Assembly (NCBI RefSeq): GCF_000281045.1
Contig: NW_008246089.1
Coordinates: 492,933-541,070, forward strand
Reading direction: 5' to 3'
From: Saprolegnia diclina VS20
Taxonomy: Eukaryota
DNA: 48,138 bases
The notes under the pieces are model-generated. The model had not been told where the DNA came from, made no database searches, and saw only the letters and a program-made list of their open reading frames with translations. Shown in pieces: positions 29,586-39,600 of the stretch (positions are counted from its first letter, which is position 1; every line of letters starts with the position of its first letter). Position numbers and translations under genes: made by a program.

Positions 29586-31736
29586 TCAAAAGTCGATAGT
29601 GCACTTGCCATCGACGGAAACGGTGCGGGAAATATACTGTCGACCGAGGTGCTGGGCGTGCGTGAGCCACACGGGGTGGTGCCACTTGTGGTCACTCAAG
29701 ATGGCGCTGCTCGCGCTCGCCCACGCGTGACGCTGGAGGCGCGTGGCGACTGGCGACATGTTTTTCGGGTGCAACCAGCGCTGGTAGCCGTAGTAAAAGG
29801 TCCGAGAGACGCAGTTGCTAAGCTGCGGTGACAATGCGACAATGTCCTCGAGTGTTCTGCCCGTGTATCTGTGCAGCTCGTGGTCGACACCAACATCCTC
29901 GCCTGCAAACCCTTTGAATTCGTGCGTCGCCAACGTCACGGTCGGGATCCGGTTGCTTTCGCGGTACATGATGGCGTGCAGAACCTCCTTGATGTCGTCG
30001 AGACGGTGATAGCGCTCGCTCGGCCGGTCGACGGGCGGCACTGCGAGCTCCTTGCGCAACATGAAGGCTTCGACCGCGGCCTCGGTGAGCCGTAAAAAGT
30101 AGTGCACTGCGTTGCCGATCGTCGCCTTGTGCACGCTGTGCTGCGCGAGAAAGATGGTTTCGATGCGAACGCGCGAGTTGAAGAGCCCGAGCGCCTCGAC
30201 CCACGCTTTGGACGCGGCCAAGGTGCCCGTCTCACGCGCTTCCCACCAGCCGTTGGTCTCGTTGGCGTCGCCCGCCGTCACGTAGACAAAGACGGCTTTC
30301 GAGGTTGTCGCGTTGAGACGCTGCAGCACGGTCTCGGCCATGAAGAGCTCGTGGTCGTCTTGGTGCGCCGTGACGAAAAAATGCGCTTCCGTGACTGTCT
30401 GCAGATTGTCGAGGAGCCGTCGCGGTGCGAGCCACGCAAGCGTGCGCGCCGGGTCTGGCGTCGGCGTGTGCAAGACGCACTCGCGCGTCACCGCGTCAAA
30501 GACGGTCGCGAAGCAATTGTCCTTGGCCGGGAGGCACAGCGCGTCGCAGGCCGATGCCGTTGGCGCTGAGAGCGTCGCCAGAACCGGGGTCGTGGGGAGG
30601 TGCCCCGGCAGCTGCAACAGCTCGTTGCGCGTATACTGGAGCTGGATCGTCTTGTTGGTCGACGACGGCGCTGGGTCAAAGTACGCGCAGGCGCCCGTCG
30701 CCTCGTCGTAGTGGAAGAACGTGTGCTGCGTGATCTCGACCCACTCGCCGCAGTCGTAGCGCGACGGCTTCTTCGGGCCCTCTCGCTCGACGTACCCCGT
30801 GAGCGCAAACCCCGGCATGTACGCCATGCGGATCATCACGTCTTCTTCGTGCGCAACGTCTTGGTGCACCCAGCCAGCAACGACGTCGGACCGCGCGGGC
30901 CGCGGCGCCACCAGCGCACACGACCCCTTCATGAAGTGATACCCAACGCAGGTCGACGTTGCGGCTTCGCACGCCGCGAGGCACGCCTCGGCACTCGTAG
31001 CGTTCGGCGCCGCGTGTGTGAACGACGACGGCACTTCTTTCGGGTATCTCATCGTGACGTGGGCACCGGCCATGGGGTGCCGCAAGACGGCGGCGCGGTC
31101 GCCATTCGGGTTGGTGTTGGGAAAGGCCGCCGGCACGCACAGCTGCGGCGACGGAAGGTACGTGAAGAAGGCAAAGTCCTGGGATGCAGCAATGCGCGCG
31201 CACTCGCCAATCGACTCGACGGCCGCGTACGGCGACGGGATCCCAATGTCGGGCGACAGCATAAACATGGGATCAAAGACGCGCTCGCTGGTGCTCAAGA
31301 CAGCCGTGTAGAGTGCGCGCGGGAAGAAGACATTCCACTGCGCACCGACCACGTAGTGATACGGCACGCGCGGCAGCGGTGCATCGCCGTCAATGCCAAA
31401 CTCAATCGCGCGGTGGTCGAGCCGCCCGCGTGGGACCAAATCCTTGAAATCCGGCGGCTGGCGGATGAGCGCAGCGGCGCGTGCACCTGGCAGCGGCACT
31501 TGCACGCCCTTGTTGCTCTTGAGGAAGCATATGCCACCGTCGCGCGGCTCCCATACATACAGAACGCAGCCGACGACGGTGACGCAGTCGCGCTTGCACG
31601 CCTGCCGCGACGCTTGGTGCATGATTTTGATGTCGTTGCCAATGTAGAACACGTCCTTCTCGGTCGCTGTCCACTTGGCGTCGGTCGCCAAAGCTAGCAG
31701 AAGCAATAGCAGCCCGCTTAGCGGATGATGCATCAT
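29586..31736 (-). CDS. Secreted PAN/apple-repeat protein with C-terminal PIG-L/LmbE-like N-acetyl deacetylase domain (copy A)
   Basis: Signal peptide MMHHPLSGLLLLLLALATDA. CBEL-type PAN domain (FYIGNDI..AC..DC....GC.LYVW...GG.C.LKS) followed by about four more degenerate Cys modules. Then FFVTAHQDDHELFM, FVYVTAGDA, ARETG and DHELH, matching the H-x-D-D...H metal-binding pattern of PIG-L/LmbE deacetylases. Confidence 0.8.
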   Translation of the reverse strand: MMHHPLSGLLLLLLALATDAKWTATEKDVFYIGNDIKIMHQASRQACKRDCVTVVGCVLYVWEPRDGGICFLKSNKGVQVPLPGARAAALIRQPPDFKDLVPRGRLDHRAIEFGIDGDAPLPRVPYHYVVGAQWNVFFPRALYTAVLSTSERVFDPMFMLSPDIGIPSPYAAVESIGECARIAASQDFAFFTYLPSPQLCVPAAFPNTNPNGDRAAVLRHPMAGAHVTMRYPKEVPSSFTHAAPNATSAEACLAACEAATSTCVGYHFMKGSCALVAPRPARSDVVAGWVHQDVAHEEDVMIRMAYMPGFALTGYVEREGPKKPSRYDCGEWVEITQHTFFHYDEATGACAYFDPAPSSTNKTIQLQYTRNELLQLPGHLPTTPVLATLSAPTASACDALCLPAKDNCFATVFDAVTRECVLHTPTPDPARTLAWLAPRRLLDNLQTVTEAHFFVTAHQDDHELFMAETVLQRLNATTSKAVFVYVTAGDANETNGWWEARETGTLAASKAWVEALGLFNSRVRIETIFLAQHSVHKATIGNAVHYFLRLTEAAVEAFMLRKELAVPPVDRPSERYHRLDDIKEVLHAIMYRESNRIPTVTLATHEFKGFAGEDVGVDHELHRYTGRTLEDIVALSPQLSNCVSRTFYYGYQRWLHPKNMSPVATRLQRHAWASASSAILSDHKWHHPVWLTHAQHLGRQYISRTVSVDGKCTIDF
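29903..31241 (-). repeat. Left arm of near-identical 1339-bp inverted repeat (partner 45095-46433)
   Basis: The reverse complement matches 45095-46433 with only scattered substitutions and no length difference. The encoded proteins differ at 5 residues across this tract. Confidence 0.95.
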
Positions 31737-32186
31737 GGTCCTCAGCACTGGCACTCGACGCCGGCCACACGAGGGTGCCCTTTCTGTCAAAAAAATCTTT
31801 TCTGCGCGTTCATTGGTCGAGACGGAACCAAGCCCGCCAATCAAATGCTGAATAGATTCCGAAGCTCCAGCATGAGCCCTGATCCTGGCATTCATCAACT
31901 CAGAGCAGCCGCGTTCGTTGTACAGAGTTGACAGCTGCGCTGGCGGCGAGAGACGACGCTGATGTCCTTTGACATCGATGTCCTCGCAGGCCGCTACACC
32001 CTTGAGTAGCACGCCAAATGGGCGCCAGTGCACCGACGACGACTCAAGTTCGTCAAGTGGGGCTCTCCGTCGCCTGCTGAGCAGCCCTGTGCGAATGATA
32101 ACGCGCGTAGAGGCGCACCAGTGAAGACGTCGTGTGGAGTGTAAATATAAGGAACCGATGTTGATTTACTACCACTAGCTAGTTGT

Positions 32187-34442
32187 TTACTTGGTCAAGC
32201 CAAAGATGTTGCCGGTAAAGCCGGGGCGGACATAGTCGGCGGGCGCGCCAATCTCCTTGCCAAGGCCGTCAAAGGCATCGACCTGGATGATCTTTTCGCG
32301 GGCAACCTCGACTTCGTCAATGAGGGCCTGCTCGGCCGCCGTCGCGGACCGCTTCTCCTTGCGGAGCGTGGCGAGGACTGCGTCGGCCTTGATGGCCTTG
32401 GGCAGCGTCGCGTGGATGAGCGCGACGCGATCCTCCGGGTCGTTCGAGATGAACATGCTCTCGGCAAAGAGGTCACGGATACCGCTGTCGGTCGAGACGA
32501 GGTCGGCGACCTTGCGGACCTGCGCGTCCGACGGCGGCGCGTACGACTGGCCAAACGGGAACGTGACCGCGCGCATGGCGCCGCCAATACCGGGCACCGG
32601 GAAGTTGTCCTGGATGCCGTACAAGGCCGTCTGCGCTTCGTAGCAGAGCGACGTCATGGCGTAGTCAAACACCGGGTCGATGCCCTGGACGTGCTTGTTC
32701 TGCTGGTAAAACCACAGCGTCGAGTAGCCGAGGTACAAGCTCGAGAACGCGTCGGCAAAGCGGCCCGAAATCATCTCGGCAAACTTGAGCTTGCCACCGA
32801 GGACGAGCGCCATGTCCGACATGACGGCAAAGTTGGCCGCGAGACGGCTCATCTGCGACTCGTAGTGGCCGAGGAGGTCCGACTTGGAGCGCGAACGCGT
32901 GGCCGCGCGCGTGAGCGACGCCGCCGTGTTCGAGACACCGTGGCCGATGAGCGCGTTGACGTGCGTCTTGAAGCCCGCGAGGTCGTTGCCGTCCTGGAGC
33001 GTCTTGATGAGCGGGTACAAGTGCGGGTGCGCGCGCGTGAGGCCCTGGCCGTAAATGATGAGCGACCGCGTGAGCGTGTTGGCGCCCTCGACCGTAATCG
33101 CCACCGGCATGCTAATGTACGTGTTGGCCAAAAAGTTGCTCGGGCCACGGCAGATACCGGCGCCACCGAGCACGTCCATGGCCTGAATGACCGCGTCGCG
33201 GCCACGGGCCGTGATCTGCTGCTTGCAGACGCCCGAGATGACGGCCGGCTGCTCGTGCTGGTTGATCATGCCGTTGACCAAGTGCTGGCCGGCAATGTTG
33301 ATGAGCGCGTTGCTACCGATCGAGGCAAGGTGCTCCTGGACACCCTCCATCGTCGCGACGGGGACCTTGAACTGCTTGCGGATGCGCGCGTAGCCCGTGG
33401 CAGCGACGGCCGAGATCTTGGTACCGGCGACGGCCGACGCCGGGAGCGAGATCGAACGACCTTCGGCGAGGCAGTCCATGAGCATGTTCCAGCCGAAGCC
33501 GACACGCGTCTGGCCACCAATGATCTTGGACATGGGGATGAAGACGTCGTCACCCTGGACCGTACCGTTCATGAACGGGACCGAAAGCGTATCGTGGCGG
33601 CGGCCCATCTGGAGACCTTCGTGGTTGCGTTCGAGGAGAGCGACCGTGATACCGGCCGAGCCCGTGCCCTTCAAGAGGTTTTCGGGATCCGTAACATCGA
33701 TCGCGAGACCGACGCACGTAGCAACGGGCGCGAGCGTAATGTAGCGCTTGTTGAACTTGGCGCGGATACCGAGAACGCCATCCTGCTCGCAGACGACGCC
33801 CGTATCGCGCATGTTGGCAGCGTCCGAGCCCGACGACGGGCCGGTCAAGCCAAAGCACGGAAGGTGCTTGCCTTCGGCGAGGGCCGGCAAGTACGAGTTC
33901 TTCTGCTCGTCCGTACCGTAGCGGAGGAGGAGCTCGGCAGGGCCAAGCGAGTTGGGCACGCACACCGTGACGGCGGCGGGCGCCGAGCGCGACGCAATCT
34001 TGGTGATGACCATCGAGTGGCCGTGGGCGGTAAACTGCTTGCCGCCGTATTCCTTGGGAATGATCATGCCGAGGAAGCCCTTCTCCTTGATAAACTTCCA
34101 TGCCTCGAGCGGAAGATCGCCGTCGCGGAAGATCTGCGTATCGTCGAGCATCTCGCAGAGCTGTTGCACCTCGTTGTCCATGAACGACTGCTCCTCGGGC
34201 GTGAGCTTGGCCGAGTACTTGTCGAGGGCCTTGAGGCTCGGGCTGCCCGTGAAGATATCGCGGTCAAAGCCGACGGTGCCCGACTCGAGCGCCGCCTTCT
34301 CCGTGTTGGACATGCGGGGCATCATCTTCTTGGCCACCTTGTAGAGCGGGCCATAGACGATCGTGCGCTTCTGCATGGGCGCGGCCGCGGTCAAGGCGCC
34401 GGCGTGGCGGCGCAGGGCCATCTTGGACGACGAAGCCAGCAT
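32187..34442 (-). CDS. fadE: FadE-type long acyl-CoA dehydrogenase, probably mitochondrial
   Basis: Arg/Ala/Ser-rich presequence. VPNSLGPAELLLRYGTDEQK, PCFGLTGP.SGSDA, NKRYITLAPVAT, GRSISLP, YARIRKQF, ITVEGANTLTRSLIIYGQG and the C-terminal extension are typical of E. coli FadE-like enzymes. Strong codon bias. Confidence 0.92.
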   Translation of the reverse strand: MLASSSKMALRRHAGALTAAAPMQKRTIVYGPLYKVAKKMMPRMSNTEKAALESGTVGFDRDIFTGSPSLKALDKYSAKLTPEEQSFMDNEVQQLCEMLDDTQIFRDGDLPLEAWKFIKEKGFLGMIIPKEYGGKQFTAHGHSMVITKIASRSAPAAVTVCVPNSLGPAELLLRYGTDEQKNSYLPALAEGKHLPCFGLTGPSSGSDAANMRDTGVVCEQDGVLGIRAKFNKRYITLAPVATCVGLAIDVTDPENLLKGTGSAGITVALLERNHEGLQMGRRHDTLSVPFMNGTVQGDDVFIPMSKIIGGQTRVGFGWNMLMDCLAEGRSISLPASAVAGTKISAVAATGYARIRKQFKVPVATMEGVQEHLASIGSNALINIAGQHLVNGMINQHEQPAVISGVCKQQITARGRDAVIQAMDVLGGAGICRGPSNFLANTYISMPVAITVEGANTLTRSLIIYGQGLTRAHPHLYPLIKTLQDGNDLAGFKTHVNALIGHGVSNTAASLTRAATRSRSKSDLLGHYESQMSRLAANFAVMSDMALVLGGKLKFAEMISGRFADAFSSLYLGYSTLWFYQQNKHVQGIDPVFDYAMTSLCYEAQTALYGIQDNFPVPGIGGAMRAVTFPFGQSYAPPSDAQVRKVADLVSTDSGIRDLFAESMFISNDPEDRVALIHATLPKAIKADAVLATLRKEKRSATAAEQALIDEVEVAREKIIQVDAFDGLGKEIGAPADYVRPGFTGNIFGLTK

Positions 34443-34456
34443 GTTGGAGGTGCGAG

Positions 34457-34472
34457 GCAAATGCAAATGTGA
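34457..34472 (-). promoter_or_regulatory. Oomycete INR+FPR core promoter element
   Basis: Minus strand reads TCACATTTGCATTTGC, ending about 15 nt upstream of the acyl-CoA dehydrogenase ATG (34442). Confidence 0.7.
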
Positions 34473-36610
34473 GAGGTCTTGGACCCTCCGGCCAAAAAGT
34501 CCTATTTATATCTTTGGCCGGCCCACGGTTCATGTAGGACTTTCGGCACGCCGTCGAGAAAAACACCGAATTCCAACGATGCAAATCGGACATGTCCGAA
34601 TGCTAACGGGATCTTCAACGTGACGGTGTTGACTCGACAGGTGATTTCACGCCGCTGGACCGGTGCAGGCTGTTGAGTCAACGTTGAGTTTCGCGGATGG
34701 CGGCAACGCTTCGAGCGCTGGTGAAGTCCACTCGAGTGCGGGACGCTGCGAAGGGAGCTGCTCGCCACGAAAGGCAACACAGAGAGCACGGCCGGGGTTC
34801 GACCTTGAACTCACAGGGCAGCCGCGACGGCGCTCGGCGCTCGGGGCATGTGTTGGATTTTATTATTACTATTGGGAAAGTGCAACTCGTGTTCGCTCCG
34901 ACTTCAACTTGGCACGATGGATATGAATCCTTGGACAGCAGTGAACGTCTGCAACTCGGCGAGCTTTTCGCGCTCTCCTAGGACGCGTACCGATGTACGT
35001 CAAAAGAGGCATCCGGGGAGCTCCGAAGACACGGTGCTCGGTGCTGCGAGGGTCGAAACGTAGCCGGTCGTAACTTGATGTCACGGGCAAGTTGAAGAAG
35101 ACGACGAGATCGCGTGGGTGGTCCATGCACCGGGGCACACACGCGTTGGTTTATGCAAACGTGCTTGGGTGCACCGCCACGCCCTCCGTGCTGCGGCCAT
35201 CATCATCACCGCAACAAGTGGAGTAAGCCATGATGCAGCGCATGGCATCAAATGCTCGCAAGTCTGATTTGGTGCAAGGTGCAGATATGACCAGGGCGCG
35301 TCAGAAGGTAAGGGCCAATCAAATACATGATGCCGAGGTACCGAGTGGGCAAGGACGTCCTCCACATCCTTGCATATTGGTGCAGATATGAAGCAAGTGC
35401 CCGATGCAGCCCCCGATGTAGCAGTGAGTATCATAGCATGACTACGGCGTAAGCAGCCGAGTGATGTTTGGAAATAGCACCGTCATGCACCATCGCCTTC
35501 GTTCTTAGCAATGACATGACAACGTAGTGTCTGAAAGACCTGAAGGATAACTATAAGATTGACGAACGCAAGTGCATAGCATGCGATAAGGGCAAGCTCT
35601 TCGGCGCCCCTAGTCGAGATGAACGACAGCTCTCCAAGGCGTAGGCGGCACGTTTTGTTTCGTCGCCGAGGGCGTCCTGCTTCGTTCCTGTCGAACACTA
35701 CGTACGCCTGGTCGAGCGTCGTGGGCGATCTGCGGCGTAGCCGAACAGGGGCCGTTGGATGAGCTACTGTAGTTGATCGTTCGCGGATGGGCCGTTTCCA
35801 GCCGTGGGCGAGGTCGTCCCAGGAAGGCCACGCACACGCAGAGAGCAGGAGGGCAGCGTATAAGGTCGATCCGTTTCAAAGAGAATCATCGCGTCTCGAC
35901 GATCACTGGCACATCGGACAGGATTAACTATTGTGTTTGATCTTTTGAGGCAATACAAAAGCGAGGTCCTCAACAAGTGCGTAGACTGGAAGGCTCGCTT
36001 GACACTCACCCGTCGCCTCTTTGGATGGACGGGGAATTGCGCTGCTTCGAACTCGCATCCGTCGCGCCATCGGCGCCTTGAACAGCATCCTGTCAAGATA
36101 CTCGTAAAGAGTCCTGTGCCTTGGCTACGCTGTGGTAGCTGCGTGTGTAGGTCGGCGATACCTCGTCCACCTACACGACATGCGTCTTGGTTCCATCAAG
36201 CCCGCGACCTCTGCAGCTACCCACAGTGCTTTTCTTCACAAAAACACATATAACTCGCGCGGCAAGATGCAACGAGTCACCCAAGAGAACTGCCTTGGGT
36301 GCCGAGCTATCGTAATCGGCTCGCGTGCTCGTCGTTGCTCTCGTCCGACAGGAGCATTGATCGCGGAGCGTTCCTCATGCTACGTAGTACTCGGGCGTAC
36401 TGACGTCCGCCGGCGCCAATGGCTTGGGTACCTCGTTGCGCGGGCACACGGGGTTCGTACCCACGACCTCAGCATATCCCATGCGAGGAGTGTTGATCAC
36501 ATCGGTGATTGGCATGTTTTTTATCACACTCGATACAAATACCAAGCCATCTTTAATCGTGTGTTTTTATTACGGAACGGGCCACTTCGGTTGCCAGTTG
36601 CTTGCTGCCG

Positions 36611-39600
36611 ATGTACCGTACGTTCACGGCCGTGGCCGCCCACCCGACGGAGACCGCCGGTGCTGTCTCCCGCCTCGTCTTTGGCTGGGCCAAGCCGTTG
36701 CTGTTCGTCGGCAATCAGCGCAAGCTGTCGCCCGACGACCTGTACCCACTGCCACTTGCGAGCCAAGTCGGTCCGCTCACTTTGCACTTTGCTGACGTGT
36801 ACGAGCACAAGGACGGTGGTCTTCTCGCCACCTTCTTCTCCATCTACTGGGGTCGCTTCCTTTGCATTGGCCTCTTCCAGAGTCTCTCGGTCCTCGGCGA
36901 CCTCTACGGCCCAGGCTACGTCCTCGGTGCGCTCCTCCGCGCCGTCGCCGCGCCGGTCATTGATTTGCAAGCGGTGCTCACGCTCATTGGGTCGCTGTAC
37001 CTCGTGCAACTTGTAAACGCCTTCCTCAAGGCGCACTTGGCGTACATGAACGAGAACCTTGGGCTCCAGTTCTCGTCGTCGCTGCGCGCAATGCTCTTTG
37101 AGAAGGTGCTCCGCCTCCGCGCCGTCGCATCGTCGACGTCGGTCGCCAAAGAAAAGATGGCTGCCGACATTGCCAACCTGATTTCTACGGATACAATCAA
37201 CGTCATGGGCTTTGCGATGAGCATGCACGCCATGTGGATCGTGCCGCTCCAGATTGCCGCCGTGCTCTACCTCCTCTACTCGAACGTGGGCTGGGCCATC
37301 TTTGTCGGGCTCGGCGTCGTCGCTATCATCTTGGTCATCAACGCGATCGCGGCCATGCTCATGGGCGCCGAGCAAGCGCGTTGCTTTGAGCTCAAGAACG
37401 ACCGCATGGCAGTGCTCCAGCAAGTGTTGGCCGCTATCCAAACCATCAAAATGGACGCGCTCGAGGCGGAATACGAAGCCAAAATCAAGGCGCTGCGCGG
37501 CCTCGAGCTCGCGTCCATTCACACGCTCATGCGCATCATCCTCGTCCTTCTCTCGTTCATGAACTGCACATTGATTCTCGTGACCTTGGCGGTTGTCGCG
37601 ACGTTCACGCTCTGGATGCAGCAAGCATTGACCGTCACGATCATCTTTTCGACGCTCGCGCTCTTCAAGCCGCTCCAGGATGCGCTTGTGAACCTCCCGA
37701 TTGCACTCATGGCCATGGTCCAGTCGCTCACGTCGGTCCAGCGCATCAATGACATTCTGCTCCTCGATGAAGTGAGCGCGGCTAGCGTCTGGGGGCCGTC
37801 GCACCCGCTGGCGGCCATGTACGCCAACGAAGGCGTCGTCGTCGCGATCGAGACGGGCTCATTTGCGTGGCATGCGACCTCGGGCCCGACCCTCCGCAAC
37901 CTCCACCTCCGCCTTCGACGCGGCGAGCTCGTCGTGCTGCATGGCGCAATCGGCCAAGGCAAGTCGTCGCTTCTCGCGGCGCTCCTCGGGGAAATGCAAA
38001 AGCTCGGCGGCTCGGTCTTTGTTGGCGGCAGCGTCGCGTACGTCGCCCAGCAGGCATGGATCCAAAACTCCACGATCCGCGAAAACATCCTCTTTGGCAA
38101 GCCGTACGACCGCGCGACATACCAAAAGGTCCTCGACGCGTGTGCGCTGACAAAGGACGTCGCTACCCTCGGTGACATGAACGAGATGGGCCCCAAGGGC
38201 GTTATCCTCACTGCTAGCCAAAAGGCTCGCATCGCACTGGCGCGTGCGGTCTGCAGCGACGCCGACATTTTTCTCTTGGACGCGCCCTTAGCGGCGCTCG
38301 ACCCGAGCTTGGCCAGCGAGGTCTTTACCAAGTGCATTCTCGGCCTCTTGGCCAAGAAGACGGTTCTGCTCGTGACACACAACATGGAGATCATCCAGTC
38401 GCCCAGTGTGCGTCGCAGCCTCCTCCTGCAAGGCGGGCGGCTTCACGAGACGTCGCGAGACCCGCCCAAGATGCTGCGCCGCGCCGTCTCGAGTGTCGTT
38501 GCGAGCAAGCCCCGCACGCTGCACCGGGCGACGTCGTCGGCCATGGACGCCAAGCCCGAGAGTGTCCGACCGCTCCAGCGCATGGCCTCGAGCGTGGCTG
38601 AGACCAAGCCGGCGCGCGCGCTCCACCGGGCTGTCTCGGCGGCCGTCGAAGCCAAGTCAGATATGCCCCAGCGTCGACTCCACGACCTCCTCGGCTCCCC
38701 GTCGCAGCAGTCGATGCGCAGCCTTCAGTTGCCCGAGATGCTCGAACCGTTGGCGGAGGATGCACCAAGTGTCACCGAGTCGAGTCGGCTGCTTCTCGAC
38801 GACGAGAACGACGACGACGACGGTGACGGACACGTGTCGACGGCCATTGTTGGCGGCTACGTGCGTGCGATGGGCGGGTGTGTTGCCGTGACCACGATCG
38901 TCTTGCTGACAATGAGCCTCCAGCTGCTCAAAATCGGGGGCGACTTTTGGCTCACGCACTGGGCCATGACGCCGGACGAGACCGCGACGTTTGGCTACGC
39001 GCCCATGACGCTTTACGCGGCGCTCGCGCTCGGCAGCTGCGTCTTCGTCATCCTCCAAACGTACGCGGTGATTGCATTTGGCTTGCGCGCGTCCCAGCAC
39101 ATGTTTGGCGCGATGCTCTCGGCGCTCTTGGCGGCGCCAATGCGGTTCTTTGCGTCGACGTCGACCGACGCCGTGTGCAGCCGCTGCAGCGACGACGTGG
39201 TCGCGTGTGACTTCAGCATCCCGTTCACGCTTGGCCCGATCCTCTTTGAAGTCTCGTCGTTTCTGGCGACATTATTGACGACGCTGTTCATGACGCGCTG
39301 GCCGGCGCTGCTCGTGCTGCCCCTTTTGTACCTCGACTACAAGCTCGGCGCGTTCTACCTCGAGCCGCTCCATGAAGTGCACCGTCTCGAGAACGCATCG
39401 CGCGCGCCGCTCTTGCAAGCGATCGCCGAAGCCATTGACGGCGCAACGACGCTCCGCGCGTTCAAAGAGACTGCCCGGGTCGAGGCGAGTGCGACGCTCA
39501 AGATCGAGGCATTTGGCCAAGCACGCGCCGTCGCCACCGCGCTCAACGCGTGGTTCGCTTTGCGCATGTCGCTAGTCAGCAGCACGATCGTCGCCGCCTT

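Noticed and set aside
31737..32033. 99-aa N-terminal extension of the PAN/PIG-L copy A ORF
   Set aside because: Starts at a non-ATG codon, precedes a clear signal peptide, and is not shared with copy B.
32412..34472. 686-aa antisense ORF opposite the acyl-CoA dehydrogenase
   Set aside because: Shadow frame expected from strong GC3 codon bias; the product has no recognisable motifs.
36524..38394. 426-aa and 291-aa minus-strand ORFs opposite the ABC transporter
   Set aside because: Antisense shadows with low-information Arg/Ser/Ala-rich products.
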